This document shows, one piece after another, positions 1-8,565 of a stretch of DNA of 64,000 nucleotides. The first letter of the stretch is position 1, and every line of letters starts with the position of its first letter. The position numbers and the translations under genes are program-made. The stretch covers positions 14,175-78,174 of the forward strand of contig CAZKJE010000002.1 of assembly GCA_964553015.1 (NCBI GenBank). The letters run 5' to 3'. The notes beneath the pieces are model-generated. The model did not search any database. It worked only from the letters and a program-made list of their open reading frames with translations, and had not been told where the DNA came from. The stretch is from an uncultured Candidatus Saccharibacteria bacterium (lineage in GTDB: Bacteria; Patescibacteriota; Minisyncoccia; Phycocordibacterales; UBA9973).

Positions 1-173
1 CCGGCAGTGACACTCTCTACAGTGTAGTTGTCATTATGCTTGTAAAACATTAAAAGAGTATAGCACTTGCTATGCGAAATTAAAATGCTATTATTGGTGC
101 ACATGTCCCGTACTAAATTTTTGATTACGGGATATAAACGATAAACATTATTAGTTAAAATTTTAGTACTGGG

Positions 174-530
174 ATGTTAGATAAGAAAAAAATAAAAGAA
201 AAATTGGAAAAAGAGCGCGATGTTTTGCTCGCCGAGATGAAAGACATGGGCAAGCTCAACACGGAGACTGAAGAATGGGAAGCAACTCCAGAAGAGCAGA
301 CTTTTCCTGAATCCGATCAGAATGATATGGCCGATCGCTTTGAAGATTTTGAAGCGCGAAGCTCCATGATGCGGACGCTCGAACCAAGGCTTAATAATAT
401 TTTAAAAGCGCTTAAGTCGCTAAACAACGACTCATTCGGCAAATGCAAAGTTTGTAAAAAAGATATTGAGATGGCGCGCCTCGAAGCGAATCCTGCGGCC
501 AGAACCTGTAAAAAACATTTAGAAGAGTAG
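174..530 (+). CDS. DksA/TraR-family C4 zinc-finger protein
   Basis: 118 aa. Acidic helical N-terminus. C-terminal CKVCKK...CKKH CxxC pair typical of DksA/TraR. Confidence 0.6.
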   Translation: MLDKKKIKEKLEKERDVLLAEMKDMGKLNTETEEWEATPEEQTFPESDQNDMADRFEDFEARSSMMRTLEPRLNNILKALKSLNNDSFGKCKVCKKDIEMARLEANPAARTCKKHLEE

Positions 531-547
531 AATAACAAAAAAATAAA

Positions 548-2140
548 GTGGCTTTTGCCAAAATATACTCAGCGCAAGTAAATTTACTTACCGGAGCTAT
601 CGTAACTATAGAAGTGGATCTCTCCCGAGGCCTGCATTCTTTTAGTGTCGTCGGCCTGCCGGACAAAGCAGTCGATGAATCTAAAGACAGGGTATCGGGC
701 GCGATAAAGAATTCCGGTTTCCAGTCCCCGAAGGCAAAAAATCAAAAAATAATTGTTTCTCTTTCACCGGCCGACTTAAAGAAAGAGGGGCCATTTTTTG
801 ATTTAGGAATTGCCATCTCGTACATGAAAGCAGCGGGAGATATTAAATTTGATTCCGAGAAAAAAATATTTTTAGGCGAGCTAGGCTTGGACGGCACACT
901 TCGCCCTATCCGCGGAGCTTTGCCTTTGGCGCAGGAAGCCAGACGGAAAGGATTTGAAGAAATATATCTGCCGAAAGAAAATGCCTCCGAGGCGGCCTTG
1001 GTGGAAGGTATTAAAATTTTTGGCGCTGAAAGTTTGCAGGAAGTCGTGGAGCATATCGATGAGTATAAAAGACCCCCTCTGTCCGATAAAAATAGGACAT
1101 CTCCCCCTTCGCAGGGGGCGAGGAATAAAATTCCGGTCCAGCCGCAGACAAAAGTAAATTACAAAAAAGAAACAAAGGGCGCAGACTTTTCTGATATTCG
1201 CGGACAGGAAGGCGCCAAGCGCGGGCTCGAGATCGCGGCCGCCGGCGGGCATAATATAGCGATGTATGGCCCGCCCGGCACAGGCAAGACGATGCTGGCC
1301 CGGGCTTTTTCGCAATTGTTGCCGGATCTGCCAATTGATGAAGTACTTGAGCTCACGGGAATACATTCTGTGTCCGGCAGCACGCAAGGGGAGCTTGTGT
1401 GCTTTCCCCCGTTTCGCGCCCCGCACCACACTTCTTCTTATGTTTCTATTATCGGCGGGGGAACGTATCCAAAGCCAGGAGAGGTTACACTCGCGCATCG
1501 CGGCGTTTTATTTCTAGACGAGTTTCCGGAATTTGAGAAGAGGGTTATAGAATCTTTACGGCAGCCGCTTGAAGACAATATCGTTTCCATTTCCCGCGCC
1601 AAGGGCACAGCAGTCTTCCCTTCAAATTTTATTTTAGTGGCCGCCATGAATCCCTGCCCGTGCGGAAACGCTGGGAACAAACAAAAGGCCTGCATCTGCA
1701 AGCCGTCCGATTTAGACAGATATAAAAGGAAACTTTCCGGTCCGATTATAGACCGTATTGACCTCTGGGTTTCAGTCGGCAACGTGGATTATAAAAAACT
1801 CGGCGCAAGTGACGATGAGCGGAACGCAGAGAAAAGTGAAAAAATAAAAGATAGAGTTACCCTAGCCAGAGAAATTCAAAAAAAGAGATTTCAAAAATTT
1901 ACAAAAAAAATCAGCACAAACAGTGAAATGAATGTGAAAGACTTAGGCACGATGGCAAAACTCGATGCAAAAGTTCGCGAACTCTTAGACAACAGTGCCG
2001 AAAATCTAGGCCTGTCCGCTCGCGCCTATCACCGCGTAATAAAAATAGCCCGCACTATTGCCGACTTGGAAAATTCTGAAAACGTAGAAGCGAATCATAT
2101 CTTAGAGGCCATTCAATATAGGCCAAAAGTTAACTCATAG
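548..2140 (+). CDS. comM: YifB/ComM-family Mg-chelatase-like AAA+ ATPase (competence protein ComM)
   Basis: 530 aa, GTG start. N-terminal Lon-like domain, Walker A GPPGTGKT and C-terminal ChlI-like domain. Carries an in-frame GC-rich hairpin insert at about 1101-1123. Confidence 0.85.
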   Translation: MAFAKIYSAQVNLLTGAIVTIEVDLSRGLHSFSVVGLPDKAVDESKDRVSGAIKNSGFQSPKAKNQKIIVSLSPADLKKEGPFFDLGIAISYMKAAGDIKFDSEKKIFLGELGLDGTLRPIRGALPLAQEARRKGFEEIYLPKENASEAALVEGIKIFGAESLQEVVEHIDEYKRPPLSDKNRTSPPSQGARNKIPVQPQTKVNYKKETKGADFSDIRGQEGAKRGLEIAAAGGHNIAMYGPPGTGKTMLARAFSQLLPDLPIDEVLELTGIHSVSGSTQGELVCFPPFRAPHHTSSYVSIIGGGTYPKPGEVTLAHRGVLFLDEFPEFEKRVIESLRQPLEDNIVSISRAKGTAVFPSNFILVAAMNPCPCGNAGNKQKACICKPSDLDRYKRKLSGPIIDRIDLWVSVGNVDYKKLGASDDERNAEKSEKIKDRVTLAREIQKKRFQKFTKKISTNSEMNVKDLGTMAKLDAKVRELLDNSAENLGLSARAYHRVIKIARTIADLENSENVEANHILEAIQYRPKVNS

Positions 2141-2160
2141 AGTTATCCACATCTGGCTTG

Positions 2161-2189
2161 TTGACAGTGAACGCTCGTTCACTTATACT
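2161..2189 (+). promoter_or_regulatory. sigma70-like promoter TTGACA-17-TATACT with embedded LexA operator
   Basis: TTGACA at 2161-2166, a 17-nt spacer, TATACT at 2184-2189. The spacer is the perfect inverted repeat AGTGAACG-CT-CGTTCACT. Confidence 0.6.
2166..2183. promoter_or_regulatory. LexA (Cheo/SOS-box-like) operator GAAC-N4-GTTC
   Basis: AGTGAACGCTCGTTCACT is an 8+8 perfect palindrome matching the Gram-positive-type LexA box CGAACnnnnGTTCG. It overlaps the promoter spacer upstream of the lexA operon. Confidence 0.6.
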
Positions 2190-2278
2190 AATTAAGTCGC
2201 AAATACCCCTACCCGGCCTCTCCCTAAAGTAGGGGGAGGAGAAAGGAGGGGGTAAATTATAAAATTAAAAACAAAGCT

Positions 2279-2479
2279 ATGAGTCAAACACAATATTTAA
2301 AAATGCTGGAGAGAGAAATCCAAGCAATAAATAAGAGGATAGATCTTAAAATTCTCAAGGGTCAGAATTATCACAAAGAGGCGATAGAACACAAGCTCCT
2401 AATTAGGAAAGTGCGATATCATTCCCGAAGTAACTTTTTGCGTAAATTTTTTCCCACTTTTGCGCAGTTTTCTTTTTAG
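2279..2479 (+). CDS. small basic helical hypothetical protein (66 aa), first gene of the LexA-box transcript
   Basis: ORF sits between the LexA-box promoter and lexA. No SD sequence, no recognisable domain. Confidence 0.3.
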   Translation: MSQTQYLKMLEREIQAINKRIDLKILKGQNYHKEAIEHKLLIRKVRYHSRSNFLRKFFPTFAQFSF

Positions 2480-2506
2480 TTTCTTTCTAAAAGATAAACA
2501 AAATAA

Positions 2507-3076
2507 ATGATAAGAAATCCCCATCAGATAAAAATAGAATCTTTCTACGGAGAGAATAAGAGGATGCCGACGTATTCGGAAATGATGAAGCTCTTCGGCT
2601 ACAAATCCAAGAATGCGGTTTTTAAAGTCGTGGAGAAATTGATTGACGCAGGGCTCGTCGCCAAAGATCATCTCGGCCGGTTAGTACCCACACAATCTTT
2701 TGGCGAAGTTCCGATGCTTGGGCTGGTGACTGCCGGTTTGCCTGCAAGTGTGGAAGAAGAGCTCGCAGATACTGTGAGCTTGGACGAATTTTTAATAGAA
2801 AAGAAAGCTTTTACATATATGCTAGAGGTGGACGGGGATTCTATGATAGATGCGCACATAGAAAAGGGGGATATGGTTCTCGTCGAGAAGGCAAACCAGG
2901 CTAAAGATATGCAGATAGTCATCGCCGAAGTGGATGGCGAATTTACGATGAAATATTTTAGGCGTGATGGGAATAAATGTTGGCTCGAGCCGGCCAACAA
3001 AAACTACAAACCGATCTATCCGGAACATTCTTTAAATATAAATGCAGTGGTGAAAGCGGTGATTAGGAAATACTAA
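2507..3076 (+). CDS. lexA: LexA repressor (S24 peptidase)
   Basis: N-terminal wHTH. Ala-Gly cleavage site in VTAGLP. Ser/Lys dyad in GDSM ... FTMKYF. Strong similarity to the LexA C-terminal domain. Confidence 0.85.
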   Translation: MIRNPHQIKIESFYGENKRMPTYSEMMKLFGYKSKNAVFKVVEKLIDAGLVAKDHLGRLVPTQSFGEVPMLGLVTAGLPASVEEELADTVSLDEFLIEKKAFTYMLEVDGDSMIDAHIEKGDMVLVEKANQAKDMQIVIAEVDGEFTMKYFRRDGNKCWLEPANKNYKPIYPEHSLNINAVVKAVIRKY

Positions 3077-3091
3077 ATAAGATAGGAAATC

Positions 3092-3118
3092 AAAAAATCC
3101 CCCGAATGGGGATTTTTT
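3092..3118. terminator. bidirectional intrinsic terminator between lexA and hup
   Basis: AAAAATCCCC-GAAT-GGGGATTTTT hairpin flanked by A and T runs between two convergent genes. Confidence 0.7.
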
Positions 3119-3166
3119 GATTTCCTAATTTCTCTCGAGAGAACCCCACTTGGCGGGGCAGGAATA

Positions 3167-3439
3167 TTACGCAACCATATCCTTCAAACCTTTTGCAGGT
3201 CGGAATTTTGGCACTTTCTTTGCAGCCACTTTGACTTGCTCCCCAGTCTTTGGATTGCGAGCCATGCGAGCAGCGCGAGATTTTACTGAAAAGATTCCAA
3301 AGCCGGCGATCGATACTTCCTGTCCCTTTTTCAAGGTCTGGATGATAGCATCAAACATTCCGTCTACGAGCTCTTCAGCCTGCACTTTTGTGCCGCCTAG
3401 TTTTCCGTGTACCCATTCAGCTAATGCTTGTTTATTCAT
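3167..3439 (-). CDS. hup: HU-family DNA-binding protein
   Basis: 90 aa. GFGIFSV ... RNPKTGE arm motifs of HU/IHF. Confidence 0.9.
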   Translation of the reverse strand: MNKQALAEWVHGKLGGTKVQAEELVDGMFDAIIQTLKKGQEVSIAGFGIFSVKSRAARMARNPKTGEQVKVAAKKVPKFRPAKGLKDMVA

Positions 3440-3530
3440 AATGTAAAAAAATTATTTTTGTAATTCTTTCGACCTTTTAACCCTTATTTTTGATACCTAT
3501 TCATTATATATCAAGGGTTTTTTAGCGCAA

Positions 3531-5057
3531 CTACCGGGCGTATTCCACAATTCTTGTCTCTCGGATCATAGTGACCTTGATTTCTCCCGGATATTTTAGT
3601 TCCTGCTCTATTTTTATAGCTATATCGCGTGCCATTATTTTAGCTTCGGCGTCAGATATCTTTTCCGGAGTTACAAATATGCGGATTTCGCGTCCGGCCT
3701 GCAGAGCATATGATTTTTCAACAGCAGGGAACTGGTTTACCAGAGCTTCGAGCTCCTGCAACCTCTTTAGGTAATTTTCAACAGAGTCTCGACGGGCTCC
3801 CGGACGGCCTCCGGATATCGCGTCTGCGGTCTGCACGATGATGGATTCAATAGTTTCGTATGGATAGTCCTCGTGGTGCGATTTCATTGCAGTCACGATG
3901 CGTTCGTCAGCGCCGAATTTCTGAAGGATACGCATGCCTATCTCCACATGCGTGCCCTGTACTTCGTGGTCGAGCGCTTTTCCGATGTCATGCACCAAGG
4001 CTCCAGCCTTGGCAATCTGTACATCGGCGCCGAGCTCTTCGGCAATCATGCCGGCAATGTGAGACATTTCCGTAGAGTGCTGTAGAACGTTCTGGCCATA
4101 GCTTGTTCGGAAATATAATCGGCCGATAATCGCTACGATGCGCGGATCAAAGTTAAATATTCCGCATTCATACACCGCCTGTTCTCCTTTTTCCTTAATT
4201 ATTTTATTTATATCTTCCTTCGCTTTTTCTACGAGCTCTTCAATTTTTGCCGGCTGAATGCGTCCGTCTAAGATTAGGTTCTCAAGCGCCAAGCGGGCTA
4301 CCTGTCTTCGGATAGGATCGAAACAGGAGATAACAATAGAGCCAGGAGTATCGTCCACGATGAGCTCCACTCCCGCTGCCCGTTCAAATGCGCGGATATT
4401 GCGGCCTTCTTTTCCGATAATTTTTCCTTTAATTTCATTGTTTGGAATAGAAACAACTGTCGTCATGAGTTCGGAAGCTGTACTCGCGGCTAAACGCTGA
4501 ATAGAAGTCGCCAGGATATCTTTTGCGTGCCTATCAAGCTTTTCCTCGTTACTATTTTCCAATTTCTGAATACGAATCATGATGTCTTCTTCATATTTTT
4601 TTTCTACATCTCGAAGAAGTTCTTCTTTGGCTTCGTTTTCTGTCAGCTCTGCGACTCTCTCCAGCTCTATTCTTTTTTCATCTTCTATTTTTAATATTTT
4701 TTCCTGTATTTTTTTAACCTCCTCAACTTTTAGCTTGATCACTTCGGCTTCCTTGTTTACTTCCACCTGCCGCGCGTCCAAGAACTCATCTTTTTTTATG
4801 AGTCTTTTTTCGGTTTCTTTCCATTCATCAGTCTTTCTCTTCTCTTCTTCTTTTAAGTTGCCGACCAGCTCTTCGGATTTTTTCTTGGCTTCATCCGTGA
4901 TCCTTTGCGCTTCTTCTTTCGCGCCGACCATCATCTGTTTTATGTCTATCTCAATAGACCTGCGTTTTCCGAGCGCGACCAAAAGGCGCAGATAGTATCC
5001 GACTATCACGCCCAAAAGGAGCACTCCGACTCCGACTAGAATTATTATTATGCTCAT
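3531..5057 (-). CDS. rny: ribonuclease Y
   Basis: N-terminal TM helix, coiled coil, KH domain (IIGKEGRNIR) and HD domain (HSxEV ... AMKSHHEDY ... DAISGGRPGAR). Confidence 0.9.
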   Translation of the reverse strand: MSIIIILVGVGVLLLGVIVGYYLRLLVALGKRRSIEIDIKQMMVGAKEEAQRITDEAKKKSEELVGNLKEEEKRKTDEWKETEKRLIKKDEFLDARQVEVNKEAEVIKLKVEEVKKIQEKILKIEDEKRIELERVAELTENEAKEELLRDVEKKYEEDIMIRIQKLENSNEEKLDRHAKDILATSIQRLAASTASELMTTVVSIPNNEIKGKIIGKEGRNIRAFERAAGVELIVDDTPGSIVISCFDPIRRQVARLALENLILDGRIQPAKIEELVEKAKEDINKIIKEKGEQAVYECGIFNFDPRIVAIIGRLYFRTSYGQNVLQHSTEMSHIAGMIAEELGADVQIAKAGALVHDIGKALDHEVQGTHVEIGMRILQKFGADERIVTAMKSHHEDYPYETIESIIVQTADAISGGRPGARRDSVENYLKRLQELEALVNQFPAVEKSYALQAGREIRIFVTPEKISDAEAKIMARDIAIKIEQELKYPGEIKVTMIRETRIVEYAR

Positions 5058-5248
5058 AAGCCTGTGTCAGCTTACAAGAACAAACCACTATATTTTAGAT
5101 TTTTCCTGCCTGCATGCCAAAGATTTGCAAACTTTCTCTTATCTTTTCTTTTGAAAACTTCATAATATATGGGATATTCCTGTGAACCAATGTAAAATAA
5201 ATTTTTAAAATTCAACGTACATAGTATAACAGAAAGGATAAAATTAGT

Positions 5249-5854
5249 CTAGTTTTCCTGTTTTGACCCTGGAGTTTTGGATTTGGTGACTATTTCGTCT
5301 ATTATTCCGTACTTCTGCGCCTCTTGCGCATCCATGAAGAAGTCCCTCTCCACGTCTTTTTCAATCTGGGTGAGGGATTTGCCGGTATTTTTTGCCAAAA
5401 GTTTGTTTAAATTATCTCTGGTCTTTAAAATATGCTTTGCCGTGATTGCAATATCGGTGGCTTGGCCTTCCACTCCGCCCAAGGGCTGGTGGATCATGAT
5501 CTCGGCGTTCGGCAAAATATAGCGCTTGCCACGCTTACCGGAAGACATGATGATAGCGGCGCCTGAAGCAGCGAGGCCGACACAGAAGGTAGAAATATCC
5601 GGACGGACATGATTCATGGTGTCCACTATGGCCATAGTAGAAGTCACCGATCCGCCCGGAGAATTTATATAAAGATGAATATCTTTTTTAGCATCTTCGG
5701 ATTCTAGAAATAGAAGCTGGGCGATGACGATATTTGCGGTGTTGTCGTCAATCGGTCCGGCTAAAAAGACTATCCGCTCGCGCAAAAGGCGGGAATATAT
5801 GTCGTAAGCGCGTTCTCCAAATTGCGATTTTTCTATTACTGTTGGTATTAACAT
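5249..5854 (-). CDS. clpP: ATP-dependent Clp protease proteolytic subunit
   Basis: Ser-His-Asp triad context ([17 protein letters not shown]). TATAAT lies 6 nt upstream of the ATG on the minus strand, so the transcript is probably leaderless. Confidence 0.9.
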   Translation of the reverse strand: MLIPTVIEKSQFGERAYDIYSRLLRERIVFLAGPIDDNTANIVIAQLLFLESEDAKKDIHLYINSPGGSVTSTMAIVDTMNHVRPDISTFCVGLAASGAAIIMSSGKRGKRYILPNAEIMIHQPLGGVEGQATDIAITAKHILKTRDNLNKLLAKNTGKSLTQIEKDVERDFFMDAQEAQKYGIIDEIVTKSKTPGSKQEN

Positions 5855-5894
5855 GTAAATATTATATTCTAATTTTTAACTTTTTCAAGCTTGT

Positions 5895-5923
5895 TGACAT
5901 AAACCTACTTTAAGTGTATAATA
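5895..5923 (+). promoter_or_regulatory. consensus sigma70 promoter TTGACA-17-TATAAT
   Basis: TTGACA at 5895-5900, spacer taaacctactttaagtg, TATAAT at 5918-5923. It lies about 40 nt upstream of a strong SD (AAAGGAGGA). Confidence 0.6.
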
Positions 5924-5964
5924 CCAAACGAATAAAAATTGAACCAAAAGGAGGATTCCAATCA

Positions 5965-6144
5965 TGAAGTTTATTTTCTTGCAGAATACATCTGACGGGT
6001 GCAAGCCCATGTGGCTTACGCCCCCGTTTGATGCCCCGTCCGTAGAAAGAGCGGATCAGATCACCAAAGAGCGATACCTCCACGAGGGCGAGCTCTACAA
6101 AAAGGTTGAAAAAACCGAGACGATCGTGAGAGGAATCTGGTAGA
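5965..6144 (+). CDS. small hypothetical protein (59 aa) with strong SD and GC-rich, atypical codon usage
   Basis: Not in the ORF track because it is under 60 aa. AAAGGAGGA sits 7 nt upstream of the ATG. Sequence MKFIFLQNTSDGCKPMWLTPPFDAPSVERADQITKERYLHEGELYKKVEKTETIVRGIW. Terminator hairpin downstream. Confidence 0.45.
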
Positions 6145-6159
6145 GTAGCACAACAACAT

Positions 6160-6215
6160 CGCTCGCTCTGGGCAAGAAGACTCGTCTTCTGCTTCGGGCG
6201 AGTTTTCTTTTTACC
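6160..6215 (+). terminator. intrinsic terminator / possible attenuator upstream of the pyr operon
   Basis: Nested GC stems (GCAAGAAGAC-TCG-TCTTCTGC inside CGCTCGC...GCGAG) followed by TTTTCTTTTT. A second weaker hairpin lies at about 6222-6255. Confidence 0.5.
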
Positions 6216-6275
6216 TCCTTGCCCTGCTTAGCGGGGCTTGCTTCTCTTTTTTAAAGTGCTACTATTTTACCTAAT

Positions 6276-7523
6276 GTGTCTAATGAAATACGTAAAAATA
6301 TGCCAAGAAAAATGATAAGTGTAGAAGGCAACATAGTAAATAAAGATAAAGTTTTCCGCGGAAGAATTGAAATTGATCAGAGCGGAATGATAGATAAAAT
6401 CGGCGAACCGAAAGGTGACGCCGATTTTATTTTTGAGGATGAATTAATTTTTCCCGGATTCATAGATCTGCATGTGCATGCGCGGGAAGATGCAAGCCAC
6501 ACGCAAGATTACAAAGAAGATTTTATCTCCTCGGGAGTTGCGGCGATAAGCGGCGGAGTGACAGCATTTGCAGAAATGCCGAACAATCCAGTACCGCCGA
6601 TTGATGATAAAAGTTACGCAGAAAAAAAAGAATTAACTAAGAAATCTCCAGTTCCAGTTTTACTTTATGCAGGCATCGGCCCTAAGACAAAACCGCTTTC
6701 ATCAAAAGTTCCGTACAAAGTTTTTATGGGTAAATCTGTCGGCGATCTTTTTTTTACAACACTGGAAGAATTAGAATCAGTAATAAAAAATTACAAGGGA
6801 CAATACGTGAGTTTCCACTGCGAGGATCCGGAAATTCTGGAAGAAAAAACTCATGAGTTAACTCATGAGTTACAGCGCCCCAGAGAAGCTGAAATTTCCG
6901 GAATAGATTTCGCGCTCAAATTAATAGAAAAATATAATATTTTTGGAAAAATTTGTCATGTATCTACGATAGGAGGAATACAAAAAATTATTGAAGCAAA
7001 AAAAAGAGGGGTAAATGTAACAGTAGAAGTAACTCCGCATCATTTGTATTTTGCGAAAGCAAATAAAAATTTACAAGTCAATCCGCCCATACGTGATGTA
7101 GAAGATTGTGCGGCTTTAATAAAACTTTTGAAACGAGGCGATATTGATTTTCTTGCTACCGACCATGCTCCGCACACAAAAGAAGAGAAGAAAAAAGGAG
7201 TTTCAGGCATGCCGCATTTAGATACTTACGGACCGTTTATCGCATGGCTTATAAAAGAACACGGTTTTACGCAGGAAGAAATTGCGAGAGTATGCGCATA
7301 TAATCCGGGTGTTTTTTTAAATAGTTTTATGCCTGAGAAATATGGAGAAACAAAAGAAGGCTACGTTGGCTCGCTTACAGTAATAAATATGAACAAGCCA
7401 GTAAGGATAAAAAAAGAAATGCTTAAAACGAAATGCGGCTGGTCGCCTTTTCTGGGGGTGACATTTCCGGGAAGCGTTACTATGACAATAGTAAAAGGAG
7501 AAATTTATGAAAACAGAAAATAG
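6276..7523 (+). CDS. pyrC: dihydroorotase
   Basis: Amidohydrolase motifs DLHVHARE and DHAPH. GTG start preceded by the extended -10-like TGCTACTAT. Confidence 0.85.
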   Translation: MSNEIRKNMPRKMISVEGNIVNKDKVFRGRIEIDQSGMIDKIGEPKGDADFIFEDELIFPGFIDLHVHAREDASHTQDYKEDFISSGVAAISGGVTAFAEMPNNPVPPIDDKSYAEKKELTKKSPVPVLLYAGIGPKTKPLSSKVPYKVFMGKSVGDLFFTTLEELESVIKNYKGQYVSFHCEDPEILEEKTHELTHELQRPREAEISGIDFALKLIEKYNIFGKICHVSTIGGIQKIIEAKKRGVNVTVEVTPHHLYFAKANKNLQVNPPIRDVEDCAALIKLLKRGDIDFLATDHAPHTKEEKKKGVSGMPHLDTYGPFIAWLIKEHGFTQEEIARVCAYNPGVFLNSFMPEKYGETKEGYVGSLTVINMNKPVRIKKEMLKTKCGWSPFLGVTFPGSVTMTIVKGEIYENRK

Positions 7524-8565
7524 AACAGCAAAATTAATTCTGAAAGACGGTACTATTTTTGAGGCAAAAAGTTTCGGCGCTTCAAAATCTACTGCCGGCG
7601 AAGTGGTTTTTGCCACGGGAATGACCGGCTATCCCGAAGCGCTGACAGATCCATCCTTCAAGGGACAAATTTTAGTAATGACATATCCCTTGATCGGGAA
7701 TTATGGAGTTCCTAAAAAAGAAGACTGGGAATCGGACAAGATCCAAGTTTCCGGGCTTGTAGTGTGTAATTACATAGATACGCCGTCGCATCATGCAAGC
7801 GAGATGACTTTGGCCGAGTGGTTCAAAAAAGAAGGCGTGCCACTTCTTGAGATAAAAGACACAAGGCTGCTTACAGAAAAATTACGGGACGAGGGGGCAA
7901 CACTAGGCAAAATAATTATTGGAAGCAAAAATGTTAATTTTGCAGATCCGAATTTGAGAAACTTGGCTGGAGAAGTGAGTACGAAAGAAATTTATTTTAT
8001 GGGCGAGGGAAAAGATACGATTGTGCTTTTGGATTGTGGCGCCAAGAGGAATATAATTAGAAGCCTTGCAGAAAGAGGGCTTAGGGTTGCAGTAGTTCCG
8101 TGGAATACCGATGTAACCAAATTAGATTTTCAATTTAGCGCGGTAGTGATTTCAAACGGCCCCGGAGATCCAAAGAAAGTAACCGCTACTATCAATAATG
8201 TTAAAAAAATTATTGCTAAAAAAATCCCTACGCTGGGTATTTGTTTGGGAAACCAAATTTTAACTTTAGCCATGGGAGGCACAACGTATAAAATGAAATT
8301 CGGGCACCGAAGCCAGAATCAGCCAGTAGTGCAAACGGGTACAAATAAGTGTTATTTAACAACCCAAAATCATGGTTTTGCAGTTAAACAAATTCCCAAA
8401 AATTTCAGACAATGGTTTCATAATGCGAACGATAATACGAATGAGGGAGTTATTCATGAGACCCTGCCATTTATGTCTGTGCAGTTTCATCCGGAAAGTA
8501 CTCCGGGACCCGTGGACACTGATTGGGTATTTGATTATTTTTTGAAAAAAGCTGATGAAAAATAA
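7507..8565 (+). CDS. carA: carbamoyl-phosphate synthase small (glutaminase) subunit
   Basis: CPSase small-subunit N-domain plus class I GATase (GICLGNQ, HRSQNQPV, QFHPE). Confidence 0.9.
   Translation: MKTENRTAKLILKDGTIFEAKSFGASKSTAGEVVFATGMTGYPEALTDPSFKGQILVMTYPLIGNYGVPKKEDWESDKIQVSGLVVCNYIDTPSHHASEMTLAEWFKKEGVPLLEIKDTRLLTEKLRDEGATLGKIIIGSKNVNFADPNLRNLAGEVSTKEIYFMGEGKDTIVLLDCGAKRNIIRSLAERGLRVAVVPWNTDVTKLDFQFSAVVISNGPGDPKKVTATINNVKKIIAKKIPTLGICLGNQILTLAMGGTTYKMKFGHRSQNQPVVQTGTNKCYLTTQNHGFAVKQIPKNFRQWFHNANDNTNEGVIHETLPFMSVQFHPESTPGPVDTDWVFDYFLKKADEK

Noticed and set aside
881-1498. Antisense or overlapping ORFs inside long, well-supported genes. Examples are 881..1498 and 1011..1334 in comM, 9628..10143 and 10688..11038 in carB, 20999..21337 and 21341..21640 in the surface-protein gene, 33889..34254 in comEC, 57778..58583 in ileS, and 4579..4995 opposite rny.
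   Set aside because: They lie fully within stronger genes on the opposite strand or in another frame. They have low-complexity or composition-driven sequences, no starts with promoter or SD context, and no motifs. This is typical of spurious ORFs in GC-rich or repeat-coding stretches.
6150-6275. A PyrR-binding attenuator ahead of the pyr operon.
   Set aside because: The conserved PyrR box (UCCAGAGAGGCU) is not present in the correct orientation. The hairpin is retained only as a generic terminator or attenuator.
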